A DNA stretch of 40,828 bases from Bacteroidales bacterium (GTDB taxonomy: Bacteria > Bacteroidota > Bacteroidia > Bacteroidales > 4572-128): assembly GCA_029938235.1 (NCBI GenBank), contig JAOZVH010000003.1:1-40828 (forward strand), read 5' to 3'. Position numbers and translations under genes: made by a program. Below are positions 15,443 to 25,370 of this stretch, in pieces (within the stretch, counting starts at the first letter, position 1; each line of letters starts with the position of its first letter). The notes below the pieces were generated by a model. That model saw only the letters and a list, made by a program, of their open reading frames with translations, made no database searches and was not told where the DNA came from.

Positions 15443-17473
15443 ATGAAAAATTTATCTATTTTAAAAAAAATTTTAATTATTTTTATAGCAGTTGGGCTTA
15501 TAAGTATAGTTGTGGAGGGTTTGATATTGTCTAATATTTTAAAAACAAATGTTAATGAAAATGCACACAAAATCTTTTCTGAAAATATAAAATTTAAAAA
15601 AAGAAAAATTCAAGAATATTTTGAAATCTCAGAAAAGAAAATTAAAGCTATGAGCGAATTTTTTACTGTGAAAGATCTTTTTGGAATTCTAACAAAATAT
15701 CATGAAAAAATTGGAGCAAATAAAAGTAGTGATTTTCCTGTAAAATCAGACGAATATATGAAATTAACAGATAAGTATTCTGAATATTTTTTAAATTATA
15801 CAAAAACTAATAATTATTATGATTTATTTTTTATCTGTGAAAAACATGGACATGTTATGTTTAGTGTTGCAAAAGAAGAAGACCTCGGTACAAATCTTTC
15901 CTTTGGAAAATATAAAGATTCGCATCTTGCAAATGTATGGAGAAGAGTTATAGAAGAGAAAAAAACTGTAATTACTGATTATAAATTTTATGAAATTTCT
16001 GGCGATCAAGCGTCTTTTGTTGGAACACCTGTTTATGAAAACAATGAATTAATAGGTGTTTTAGTTTTACAAATATCAAAAAAAATCTTGAATAATATTG
16101 TAAATGAAACAAATTCAATTTATAAGACATCAGAAACTTATATTATTGGAAAAGATAAAAATGAAAAATTTAGCTTAAAAACTAATAGGATTATAAAAAA
16201 AGGAAAAATTGGTGATGAAAAAAAAGGAGAATTTATTGAAAAATGTATCACAAATAGAGCTCAGGGAAACGGTGTGAAAATTGGTTCTACTGGTTTAAAA
16301 GAATATATTTATTACTCTCCCTTAGAAATAGAAGGTTTAAAATGGGGAATATTTAATACTATAAATGTTGATGAAGTTACCGAACCTATTAATTCTGCTG
16401 AAAAAACCATAATTATTATTACAATAATTGCAATTTTAATAATAATAATTTCTGCATATTTATTAGCAAAATCTATCTCTGATCCGATTAAAAATGTTGT
16501 AAATTCTATGAAAAAAATGTCTAAAAAAGATTTAGATATTGAAATTTATGAAGAAAGAAAAGATGAAATTGGTGAACTTTATCAATCTATAAATGAAGTA
16601 AACAAAAATTTTAAAGAAATTATTTCAAATATAAATAGAATTTCTATTTCTGTTTCATCAGCGAGTAAACAATTAAGTGTTGTTTCTCAGGAGGTTTCGG
16701 AGCGTGCAAGTGAACAGGCTTCTTCTACCGAAGAGATTTCATCATCTATGGAAGAGATGCTTGCCACAATAAATTCAAACACAGAAAATGCCATTAAAAC
16801 AAATAATATTTCAAAAAATACTGCCAAAGAAACAAAAGAAAGTGGTAAAATTTTTAAAGAAACTATGCAATCTGTTTCTGACATTAGCAAAGGAATTTTA
16901 ATAATTAAAGAAATAGCATTTCAAATAGATTTATTATCTTTAAATGCTTCAGTGGAAGCAGCAAGAGCCGGTTCATTAGGGAAAAGTTTTGGTGTCGTTG
17001 CTTATGAAATAAGAAAACTTGCTGAAAAAACAAAAAAAGCATCAGCAAAAATAGAAGAATTATCTGATTTAGGACAAAAAAATTCTGAAATTACAAGTGA
17101 AAAATTAAAAAAATTAATTCCAGAAATAATAAAAAGTGCTGAATTAGTTGATAATATCACTTTATCAAGTAAAGAACAATCAAGTGGAGCAGAAGCAATA
17201 AATAATTCCGTGCAACAATTAACAGAAATTACTAACGAGAATTCTGCTTCTGCAGAAGAAATGTCTGCTTCAGCAGAAGAATTATTAGCACAAGTTAAAC
17301 AACTAAGAAATACAGTTCATGGTTTTAAAATCGGAGAAGATTTTAATCAAAAAAACGAAATGATAAATTATGAAGAAGATAATAATAATGTAATAAAAGA
17401 TGAATTATCTGAAAATGGATTTGGAATAAAATTAGACGATAAAAAATTAGATGATGAATATGAAAGTTTTTAA
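15443..17473 (+). CDS. methyl-accepting chemotaxis protein (Cache-like periplasmic sensor, HAMP, MCP signalling domain)
   Basis: Two TM helices, HAMP (DEIGELYQSINEV), and the highly conserved hairpin tip IAFQIDLLSLNASVEAARAGSLGKSFGVVAYEIRKLAEKT. Confidence 0.88.
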   Translation: MKNLSILKKILIIFIAVGLISIVVEGLILSNILKTNVNENAHKIFSENIKFKKRKIQEYFEISEKKIKAMSEFFTVKDLFGILTKYHEKIGANKSSDFPVKSDEYMKLTDKYSEYFLNYTKTNNYYDLFFICEKHGHVMFSVAKEEDLGTNLSFGKYKDSHLANVWRRVIEEKKTVITDYKFYEISGDQASFVGTPVYENNELIGVLVLQISKKILNNIVNETNSIYKTSETYIIGKDKNEKFSLKTNRIIKKGKIGDEKKGEFIEKCITNRAQGNGVKIGSTGLKEYIYYSPLEIEGLKWGIFNTINVDEVTEPINSAEKTIIIITIIAILIIIISAYLLAKSISDPIKNVVNSMKKMSKKDLDIEIYEERKDEIGELYQSINEVNKNFKEIISNINRISISVSSASKQLSVVSQEVSERASEQASSTEEISSSMEEMLATINSNTENAIKTNNISKNTAKETKESGKIFKETMQSVSDISKGILIIKEIAFQIDLLSLNASVEAARAGSLGKSFGVVAYEIRKLAEKTKKASAKIEELSDLGQKNSEITSEKLKKLIPEIIKSAELVDNITLSSKEQSSGAEAINNSVQQLTEITNENSASAEEMSASAEELLAQVKQLRNTVHGFKIGEDFNQKNEMINYEEDNNNVIKDELSENGFGIKLDDKKLDDEYESF

Positions 17474-17514
17474 AAAAAAATAATAAAAATTTTTTTTATA
17501 AAAAAAAAAATAAT

Positions 17515-17522
17515 TAATTTTG
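17515..17522 (+). promoter_or_regulatory. candidate -7 box TAATTTTG, 33 nt upstream of the porin-like gene
   Basis: Exact TAnnTTTG match. Confidence 0.3.
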
Positions 17523-17555
17523 TTTTTTTTAATCTTTACATAAAGAAATATAAAT

Positions 17556-18812
17556 ATGTATAAAAGTTTATTAAAATTTGCGATTGTTTTACTTTTGTTG
17601 CCTTCGTTTGTTGGAGCGCAAGAAATGGAAAAAGAAAAATTTGGAGTTAAATTTTCTGGCTTCATAAGAAATGATATGGTGTATAACACTCGTCAAGTAA
17701 AGTCTGCACGTGGAGAAAATCAACTTGTTTTAATGCCTTTAGGAATAGAAAAAGATGCAGATGATAATGACATTAATGAAACACCGAATTTTAATCTTGT
17801 TGGTTTATGCACAAGGATGAAAGTAGCAATCACTGGTCCTGATGCTTTTGGTGCAAAAACCTCTGGTGTTATAGAAACAGATTTTTTCGGTACTGGAGCG
17901 ACAAAATTTAATATTAGAATGCGCCATGCATTTATGAAATTAAATTGGGAAAAAGTAGAATTAGTTGCAGGTCAAACTTGGCATCCTACTACTGTTGTTC
18001 CTCAATGTTTTCCAGGTACAGTTTCTTTTGGTGTAGGAGCACCTTTTAGTCCTCTTTCCAGAGTTCCTCAAATAAAATTAAGCTACAAATTAGGTTCTAT
18101 AAAATTAATAGGTGTAATGATGTCTCAGGGACATTTTAAAGGAGTATCACCTGCTGGTTCTCATATTAATTCTGGTATTCCAGAATTACATGCTCAATTA
18201 CAATTTAAAAATGAAAGTCTTATTGCTGGTGCAGGTTTTGGATATCAAGTTTTAAGACCTCAATTAGCTTTTGAAGAAACTGTAAATAGTACAACTATGT
18301 TTGGTTTTCTAAAATATAAAGCTGCTCCTATTACCGTAAAACTTTATGGTATGATGGGACAAAATAATGACAATGCTGTTATGATGGGTGGGTATGCTGT
18401 TAGTGATATAGATGCAGAAACTGGTCTGATTAAAGAATATACTCCTTACAATACTATGAATGCTTGGGTGGATTTACATACGAATGGTAAAGATGTTCAA
18501 TATGGTTTATTCTTTGGTTATTCTGAAAATCTTGGTGCTACTGATGATATTGTTGGAATTCCTAATGCAGAAGGTGGAACTTCAAGTAGTTTTGTTGGAA
18601 GATGGAGTAACAATATTCAATCTTTTATGAAAGTAAGTCCAAGAGTTATTTGGACTTCTGGGAAATTTAAAGTAGGAGTTGAATTAGAGTATTTCTCTGT
18701 TAATTATCTTGATTATAAAGATGAGAATTCTGTTGATGCAAAAGGTGTTATTGAAGATACAGAAGCAGTAAACAATATTAAATTTTTATTAATGTTGAAA
18801 TACGCTTTCTAA
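17556..18812 (+). CDS. outer-membrane beta-barrel, porin-like protein
   Basis: Signal peptide ...SFVGAQE, alternating-hydrophobicity strands, C-terminal ...LKYAF (terminal Phe), and noticeably higher GC than its neighbours. Confidence 0.65.
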   Translation: MYKSLLKFAIVLLLLPSFVGAQEMEKEKFGVKFSGFIRNDMVYNTRQVKSARGENQLVLMPLGIEKDADDNDINETPNFNLVGLCTRMKVAITGPDAFGAKTSGVIETDFFGTGATKFNIRMRHAFMKLNWEKVELVAGQTWHPTTVVPQCFPGTVSFGVGAPFSPLSRVPQIKLSYKLGSIKLIGVMMSQGHFKGVSPAGSHINSGIPELHAQLQFKNESLIAGAGFGYQVLRPQLAFEETVNSTTMFGFLKYKAAPITVKLYGMMGQNNDNAVMMGGYAVSDIDAETGLIKEYTPYNTMNAWVDLHTNGKDVQYGLFFGYSENLGATDDIVGIPNAEGGTSSSFVGRWSNNIQSFMKVSPRVIWTSGKFKVGVELEYFSVNYLDYKDENSVDAKGVIEDTEAVNNIKFLLMLKYAF

Positions 18813-18830
18813 AAATAATTAGAAATTTTT

Positions 18831-18884
18831 AATGAGGAATGAATAATTATGAATGATATTTTTCTTAATTATTCATTCCTCATT
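18831..18884. terminator. perfect 19-bp-stem hairpin (AATGAGGAATGAATAATTA / TAATTATTCATTCCTCATT, 16-nt loop) between convergent genes; member of the GAATGAG family
   Basis: Arms 18831-18849 and 18866-18884 are exact reverse complements. A T-run follows on the plus strand. Confidence 0.55.
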
Positions 18885-18903
18885 TTTTATTAAAAATTCC
18901 TCA

Positions 18904-21423
18904 TTAAAAATCGTCTTTCCAGTTTCGTCTCATTTCTTTTTTAAGGTCTTGCAAAACACCAGATTTTACATTAATTTTAAATTCATATCTTTTCCAAGCT
19001 CCAAGCGGCGACCAGAAAAAACTCATCTCCCAACAATGTAAATCTCTTTTTATATTTAGCTTAATTGTTGTAATTTCATTTAATTCAAAATCATAATCAC
19101 CATTAAAATTCAAACTCCATTTTTCTGTTAAATTTAAATCTCCTGAAAAATTTAAAGATTGTGTTGAATTACTTTCTTTTTCACCGTAAATTAAATTATT
19201 TGTATAATCATAAGTTTTATTATTTCTAAAAATGTAAGAAAAATTCAAACTCCAAGGCATTTTAAAATAATCATATTCACCAATTAGTCTTTCTTTTTCT
19301 TCTGTATTTTTTTCATTAAACATATCTGGCGTTAAATTATAATTAATTTTAAAAGTCCAATTTGTATTTTCTATGCGTGCTATTCTATTATTTTCAGATA
19401 ATTCAAATTTGTTAGTTCTGTAATTTCTCCCCAGAGAATCTTTTTCTAAAATATAAGGGTCAAAAGATGAGGAATAAGAAATATCTATTTTCTTAAATAA
19501 TTTTGTATTTCCAGCAAGCGAAATTTTTGAAAAATTTAAACTATCTTTAAAAACATCATAAGCAGAACTTATTCTAAAATTATCTATAAGAACTATTTTT
19601 TTTGTACCTGTTCCAGTTGTATCGTTTTCATCTTTGACTTTCATTTCTAAATTATTTTTTATAGAAAAAGTAATATTTCCACTTCCTTCACCATAAGTTG
19701 GTGCTTTCATAATTTCATCTTCAAAAATATTATATTTTATTTCTTCGCCTCTTAAATCATTTACAAATTCTGTGTTTCTATTTTTATAATCTTCTCCTAA
19801 GTCTGGTTTATAATTAAAACTTAAATTTGGTGTCATTACATGTCGAATTGCTTTTATTCGTTCATTAATAAATTTTGGTTTAAAATTATACATTCCATAA
19901 ATTGGAACAGTATAAGACAAAGAAACCGCTGGATAAATTATATCTGCATATTTTATTTTACTAATTCTCTCTTCTTTGAAAGAATTATTTTCTATGTGTT
20001 TTCTTGAAAATCTTGAATTAGCGACAGCTTTATAAGAAACTGATGGCGTAAGTTTTAAACCTTTTCCTATGGAAATTGGTAAAGAAATTGGCACTTCATG
20101 CAAAAAACCATTATCAAATTTCAAATCTGAAGATAAAAATAAACTGTCCGGCATTTCTGTTTTTGCGAGATATCTTGATTTATAAGAAATACTTAGTGCT
20201 TCATACCATCTTTTTTTTCCGGCTTTTTGAAATGGTCGCTGTGAATTTAAATTAAAAGTCATTTCTGGAAGCGTCATATTGACTTTTTCTGTTACACTAT
20301 TTTGAGAATGTTTTAAATTCAAAGAAAAATTAAAAGGCGATTTATTCCAAGAATAAGAAATATTTGAGTTCCATTCGTTACGCGATCTGTCGTTTGATGT
20401 GTTAGAGTTTCTTTTTTGAAAATCTGATGAACCAAGATTTACATTTGCTGAAAATTTACTATTTGGACGAAATTTTGGGTCTTGTATATGTTTCCATCTT
20501 AGCCAGAATTCCTTTTGAATTTCATAATTTGTTTCTCCGGCTTCGCCTATTTTTGTATTTCCATAGCTTAAATTAAAATCTCCATTATAAGAATATCTTT
20601 TTTTATAGTTAAAAATAGGATTTGCTTTCCAACTTCCGCGGGTTGCTATTTCGCCGACTAATTTTAAATCCATATAATCATTTATAGCCCAATAAAATCC
20701 GCCGTCTTTTAAGCCAAAACCAAAATTATTATCAAAATAACTCGGAATAATTATTCCGGAAGACCTTTTGCTTGAATTAGGAAAAAAACCAAAAGGCAAA
20801 CAAATCGGAGTTGGAACGTCAGCAATTACAAGATAAGAAAAACCAGAAACAATTTTATCATTTGGAATTATTTTCGCTTTTGTCATTTTTATATAAAAAT
20901 GTGGATGTTCATGCTCGCAAGTTGTATATTTTCCATTTTTTATGTGAACTTGTTTATTTTTATGAATTTTCGTTTTTTCGCTGTGCATATAACCATCTGA
21001 CTGTTTAGAAAAAACTTTTTTTATAAAACCTTGTTTTGTTTTAAAATTATAAGTCATTTCGGAAGATTCAAATTCCTCTTCACCTTCTTTGAAAATAGGT
21101 TTTCCGTTCCATTTTCCTGTGCTGTCTTTTACACCTATTGCAAAAACAATATCTTTTTCCATATCCAATTCTATATAATCGGCTTTTAATTCTATGTTTT
21201 GATAAGTAACAACAGCACCACCAAATAAATATGCTTTTTTCCTATCCATAGAAAAAATCAAAGAATCATTTGCAGAATAATTTACCGGCGAATCTAACTT
21301 ATTTTCATTTTTTTTTATTGTATCTTTTTCTATTTTCAAAGTGTCTGCAATTTGTGATTTTGCAAAAAAATTAAAAAAAAATGTGAAAAATAAGAAAAAA
21401 AATATTTTATATGTAAATTTCAA
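18904..21423 (-). CDS. Bacteroidetes-type LPS-assembly protein LptD/OstA-like outer-membrane protein
   Basis: 839 aa, signal peptide, OstA-like N-terminus, YTTCEHEHPHFY and GFFPNSSKRSSGIIIPSY motifs characteristic of the family. Confidence 0.75.
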   Translation of the reverse strand: MKFTYKIFFFLFFTFFFNFFAKSQIADTLKIEKDTIKKNENKLDSPVNYSANDSLIFSMDRKKAYLFGGAVVTYQNIELKADYIELDMEKDIVFAIGVKDSTGKWNGKPIFKEGEEEFESSEMTYNFKTKQGFIKKVFSKQSDGYMHSEKTKIHKNKQVHIKNGKYTTCEHEHPHFYIKMTKAKIIPNDKIVSGFSYLVIADVPTPICLPFGFFPNSSKRSSGIIIPSYFDNNFGFGLKDGGFYWAINDYMDLKLVGEIATRGSWKANPIFNYKKRYSYNGDFNLSYGNTKIGEAGETNYEIQKEFWLRWKHIQDPKFRPNSKFSANVNLGSSDFQKRNSNTSNDRSRNEWNSNISYSWNKSPFNFSLNLKHSQNSVTEKVNMTLPEMTFNLNSQRPFQKAGKKRWYEALSISYKSRYLAKTEMPDSLFLSSDLKFDNGFLHEVPISLPISIGKGLKLTPSVSYKAVANSRFSRKHIENNSFKEERISKIKYADIIYPAVSLSYTVPIYGMYNFKPKFINERIKAIRHVMTPNLSFNYKPDLGEDYKNRNTEFVNDLRGEEIKYNIFEDEIMKAPTYGEGSGNITFSIKNNLEMKVKDENDTTGTGTKKIVLIDNFRISSAYDVFKDSLNFSKISLAGNTKLFKKIDISYSSSFDPYILEKDSLGRNYRTNKFELSENNRIARIENTNWTFKINYNLTPDMFNEKNTEEKERLIGEYDYFKMPWSLNFSYIFRNNKTYDYTNNLIYGEKESNSTQSLNFSGDLNLTEKWSLNFNGDYDFELNEITTIKLNIKRDLHCWEMSFFWSPLGAWKRYEFKINVKSGVLQDLKKEMRRNWKDDF

Positions 21424-21540
21424 TTTAAAAAATTTTTATAATTTTTTGATAAAAAAAACGAATTTTGAAAAAAAAAATTTTAATAAAATGACATTTTTTT
21501 TACATTTTCAAATGTAATTTTTTTAATTTTTAATTAAATT

Positions 21541-22018
21541 TAAAAAAATTTTTTTCAAAAATCGTTAAAATTTTTATAATTTTTATAAAAAAAATTTTTT
21601 TCAAAATTCGTCCAAAATTTTAATGTTTTTTAATTTTGAGATTTAAAAAAAATATTTTTAATAATTTGTCCAAAATTTTAATATTTTTAAATTTCAAAAT
21701 AAAATATTATTTTTTAATAATTTATCCAAAATTTCAATGTTTTTAAATTTCAAATTAAAAAAAAATATTTTCAAAAAAACGCCAAAATTTTAACATTTTT
21801 AAATTTCAAAATAAAAAATTTTTTTTTAATAATTCGTCCAAAATTTTAATGTTTTTAAATTATGAAAAAAAAATTTTTTTCAAAAAAAACGCCAAAATTT
21901 TAATAATTTTAATTTGAAATTAAAAAAATTTTTTTCAAAAATCGCCCAAAATTTTAATATTTTTTAATTCAAATTAAAAAAATTTTTTCAAAAATCGTCT
22001 AAAATTTTAATGATTTTA
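21541..22018 (+). repeat. tandem array of about 9 units of the intergenic repeat, several with a decayed core (CGTCC > TGTCC > TATCC)
   Basis: Cores ATCGTT, TTCGTCC, TTTGTCC, TTTATCC, ACGCC, TTCGTCC, ACGCC, TCGCCC and TCGTCT read in order. The array abuts the LRR gene stop. Confidence 0.85.
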
Positions 22019-24163
22019 TTAAAAAATAATTTTAGTGTTTGGAAGCAGCATTCTTATTTTTTCTATTTCTATTTCTGAAATGGGATTTCCACGAATATCT
22101 AATTTTTTTAATTTTTTTAATTTTAAAATTTCTATGGGAATATTTTTTAACAAATTATTTTTTAAATGTAATTTTTCGAGATTTTCTAAATCTCCGATTT
22201 CTTTCGGTAAAAATGTAATTTTGTTTAGATCTAAAAACAATTCTTTCAAGAAAAATAAATCTTTTATGAAATAAGGAATTTCTTTTAATTGGTTCTTATC
22301 CAGAAATAATTTTTGTAAATTTTCTAAATTTTTTATAGATTTTGGAAAATCCGAAATTTCATTTCCTTGTAAATCAAGAACTTCTAATTTTCTCAATTTT
22401 TCTAAATTTGGAATTTCTTTTAATTCATTATTATTTAAAAATAATATTTGTAATTTTTTTAAATTTATAATTTTCTTATCTAAGTAAATTAAATTTTTAT
22501 TTTTTAAAGAAAGTTTATAAACTTTATCTGGATTTTTTAATGCTTCTTCGAGATTTGTATAAAGTTTTTCATTGCTTAATTCATATTCAGAAAGAAAATT
22601 TTTTCTCTCGCCGCTGAGTTCAAAATTTTGAAAGTCTTTTATTTGACTTTCTAATTCTACAGGAATTTCTTCAACTTTATTTCCTTGTAAATAAAGAGTT
22701 TGCAAAGATTTTAAGTTTTTAAAACTTTTTGGTAATTCCTCCAAATTATTTGAAATTAAATATAAAAATTCCAATTTTTTTAATTTTCCAATTTCCTCAG
22801 GTAATTTTTGCAAATTATTATTCATCAAATCTAATTTTTTCAAATTTTCTAAATTACCAATTTCCGGAGGTAATTTTTGTAAATTATTTGAAATTAAATT
22901 CAAGTTTTCTAAGTTTTTTAAATCTCCAATTTCTTTTGGAATTATTGAAATTTCGTTTTCTGATAAATTTAAAATTTTAATATTTTTTAAAACATTAATT
23001 TCTTTTGGTAATTTTTTTATACGATTATATCTTAAATTTATTTCTTCCAAATTATTCATCTTTGAAAGAATTTCAAAAGTATTTTTTAAATTTAAGTCAT
23101 AATTTTCTTCTAAATGTAAAATTTTCAAAGATTTTATTTTAATAATTTCCTTAGGAATTTTTTTTAATTTATTTTTTTTCAAAAATAATTTTTCCAATTT
23201 TGACGCATTTTTTAAATGTTTTAAAGTATTTTTAAAATCTAAATAAGGATTATCACTTAAATTTATTTCTTTTAAATTTTTTAATTTTCCAATTTCCTTC
23301 GGAATTTCATTTAATTGATTCCAATTCAAATTTAATTTTTCTAATTTTTTTAGATTTCCAATTTCCTTCGGAAGATTTATTAATTTGTTTTTTTCTAAAT
23401 TTAGCTCTTTTAAATTTTTTAAACCAGAAATTCCCTTTGTTAAAAAAGAATGTTGATTTCTACGTAAATTCAAAACTTCCAAAGAACTCAAATTTTTTAT
23501 ATTAGAGGATAAAATAAATAATTGATTATCAGCAAGATTAAGATTTTTTAATTTCTTCAAATTACAGAGTTTTTCAATATCTTTTATTTCATTAAATTTT
23601 AAATTTAAAATTTCTAAATTTTCTAATTTAGAAATTGCATCAGGTAAATTTTCAAAAAAATTATAACTTAAATTTAAGTTTTTTAAATTCTGCATATTCG
23701 AGAAATTAAAATTTTTCAATTTATTCCCCATTAAATTTAATTTTTTTAATTTTTTTAGATTTTCAATTTCATCTGGAATTTCAGACAATTTATTATCACC
23801 AAAACTCAAAACTTCAAGATTTTTCAAAGAAAAAATATTTTCATTTATATTTTCAAATTCGTTAGAAGAAAGAAATAATTTTTGCAAATTTTGTAAATTT
23901 TCAATTTCGTTTGGTAAATTTTTCAATTGATTTTTTGAAAGATAAAGAATTTGCAAGTTTTTCAATTTTCCAATTTCCGAAGACAAGAATTTTAATTTCT
24001 TAAAATTTAAGTCTAAAATATAGACTTTTTCTGGCTCTTTTAAAGCTTCTTCTAGGGAATTAAATTTTTTTGCATTATTTAATTCATTTTCATTCAAAAG
24101 TTTTTCTTGCGAAAAAGTACTTTTTATCAAGTAAAAAAATATTATTAAAAAGAAAAATCTCAT
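22019..24163 (-). CDS. secreted leucine-rich-repeat protein (two LRR cassettes)
   Basis: Signal peptide and about 25 repeats of the L..L..L.L..N.L..LP.EI type. The cassette-opening motif (LEEALK.P.KVY.L.L) occurs twice. Confidence 0.88.
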   Translation of the reverse strand: MRFFFLIIFFYLIKSTFSQEKLLNENELNNAKKFNSLEEALKEPEKVYILDLNFKKLKFLSSEIGKLKNLQILYLSKNQLKNLPNEIENLQNLQKLFLSSNEFENINENIFSLKNLEVLSFGDNKLSEIPDEIENLKKLKKLNLMGNKLKNFNFSNMQNLKNLNLSYNFFENLPDAISKLENLEILNLKFNEIKDIEKLCNLKKLKNLNLADNQLFILSSNIKNLSSLEVLNLRRNQHSFLTKGISGLKNLKELNLEKNKLINLPKEIGNLKKLEKLNLNWNQLNEIPKEIGKLKNLKEINLSDNPYLDFKNTLKHLKNASKLEKLFLKKNKLKKIPKEIIKIKSLKILHLEENYDLNLKNTFEILSKMNNLEEINLRYNRIKKLPKEINVLKNIKILNLSENEISIIPKEIGDLKNLENLNLISNNLQKLPPEIGNLENLKKLDLMNNNLQKLPEEIGKLKKLEFLYLISNNLEELPKSFKNLKSLQTLYLQGNKVEEIPVELESQIKDFQNFELSGERKNFLSEYELSNEKLYTNLEEALKNPDKVYKLSLKNKNLIYLDKKIINLKKLQILFLNNNELKEIPNLEKLRKLEVLDLQGNEISDFPKSIKNLENLQKLFLDKNQLKEIPYFIKDLFFLKELFLDLNKITFLPKEIGDLENLEKLHLKNNLLKNIPIEILKLKKLKKLDIRGNPISEIEIEKIRMLLPNTKIIF

Positions 24164-24243
24164 ATTTTTTGTATAAAAAATACAAATTAAAAGATTTTTT
24201 TTTGAAAAAAAAATTCAAATTATTATTAATAATTTAAAAATTA

Positions 24244-24251
24244 TATTTTTG
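24244..24251 (+). promoter_or_regulatory. candidate -7 box TATTTTTG, 21 nt upstream of the VOC gene
   Basis: Exact TAnnTTTG match. Confidence 0.3.
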
Positions 24252-24272
24252 TAAATATTTTTTATAAAAATT

Positions 24273-25328
24273 ATGAAAAAAATTATCAGTGGAATACAAC
24301 AAATTGGGATTGGAAATTCTGATGTTTATAAAATTTGGGAATGGTATAGAAAAGTTTTTTCTGTAGATGTACCAATTTTTGACGAAGAAGCAGAAGCAAA
24401 ATTAATGCTTAAATACACTGGCGGAAAAGCAAGAAAAAGACATGCTGTTCTGGCAATAAATATGCAAGGCGGAGGTGGTTTTGAAATATGGCAATATAAA
24501 GAACGAGAACCAAAAAAAGCAGATTTTGAAATTTTAATGGGAGATTTAGGGATTTTCGCAGCAAAAATAAAAGCAAAAAATGTAAAAAAAGCATTTTTAA
24601 ATTTCAAAGAAAGAGGAATAGAAACAATTGGAGAATTACAAAAAGACCCAAATGGAGATGACTTTTTCATTCTAAAAGATTATTACGGAAATCATTTTCA
24701 AGTTGTAAAAGGACAAGATTTTTTTAGCAAAAATAAAGATTTTACCGGAGGAGTTTACGGAGCAATAATAGGTGTTTCTGATATGGAAAAATCAAAAAAA
24801 TTTTATTCAGACATATTAGAATACGATAAAATTATTTACGACAAAACAGGATATTTTAAAGATTTAAAAAACTTTCCAAATGGAGAAAGTAAATTTAGAA
24901 GAGTTTTATTGGGACATAAAAAAAATAGAAAAGGAGCATTTTCAGAGTTATTAGGTTCAAGTCAAATAGAATTAATACAAGTTCTGGATAAAAAAGGAAG
25001 GAAAATTTTTAAAAATCGATTATGGGGAGATATTGGTTTTATTCATCTTTGTTTTGATGTTTCCGGAATGAAAATAATAGAAAAAGAATGTAAAGAAAAA
25101 GGTTTTCCATTTACCGTAGATAGCAGTGAAAATTTTGATATGGGAGAAGCCGCTGGTCATTTTACTTACATAGAAGATCCTGACGGAACATTAATTGAAT
25201 TTGTAGAGACAAAAAAAGTTCCTATTTTGAAGAAAATTTCATGGTATTTAGATTTAAGAAAAAGAAACCCTGAAAAACCATTAAATAAATGGGTTTTAAA
25301 AGCAATGTCTTTAAATAGAAAAAAATAA
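24273..25328 (+). CDS. VOC (glyoxalase/bleomycin-resistance/dioxygenase) family protein, two-domain
   Basis: QIGIGNSDV...FEIWQY... and a second half GAIIGVSDMEKSKKFY...IELIQ...HLCFDV...YIEDPDGTLIEFVE. Confidence 0.65.
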   Translation: MKKIISGIQQIGIGNSDVYKIWEWYRKVFSVDVPIFDEEAEAKLMLKYTGGKARKRHAVLAINMQGGGGFEIWQYKEREPKKADFEILMGDLGIFAAKIKAKNVKKAFLNFKERGIETIGELQKDPNGDDFFILKDYYGNHFQVVKGQDFFSKNKDFTGGVYGAIIGVSDMEKSKKFYSDILEYDKIIYDKTGYFKDLKNFPNGESKFRRVLLGHKKNRKGAFSELLGSSQIELIQVLDKKGRKIFKNRLWGDIGFIHLCFDVSGMKIIEKECKEKGFPFTVDSSENFDMGEAAGHFTYIEDPDGTLIEFVETKKVPILKKISWYLDLRKRNPEKPLNKWVLKAMSLNRKK

Positions 25329-25346
25329 ATAAAATACTGTATTTCA

Positions 25347-25354
25347 TAATTTTG
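25347..25354 (+). promoter_or_regulatory. candidate -7 box TAATTTTG, 16 nt upstream of the HAMP-GAF gene
   Basis: Exact TAnnTTTG match. Confidence 0.3.
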
Positions 25355-25370
25355 AAAATACGTTAAAAAA

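Noticed and set aside
17556-18812. The higher GC of the porin-like gene, the TerD genes and the M1 peptidase could indicate horizontally acquired islands.
   Set aside because: There are no flanking mobility genes, tRNA or direct repeats. The difference is modest and judged only by eye, and it is equally explained by amino-acid composition (Gly/Ala/Val-rich barrel and TerD folds) or high expression.
21722-21730. TTATCCAAA resembles a DnaA box (TTATCCACA), so the arrays could be oriC or iterons.
   Set aside because: It occurs in only one decayed unit, and the family consensus (TCGTCCAAA / ACGCCCAAA) does not match the DnaA box. The arrays occur at seven separate loci, and no dnaA, dnaN or rep gene is adjacent.
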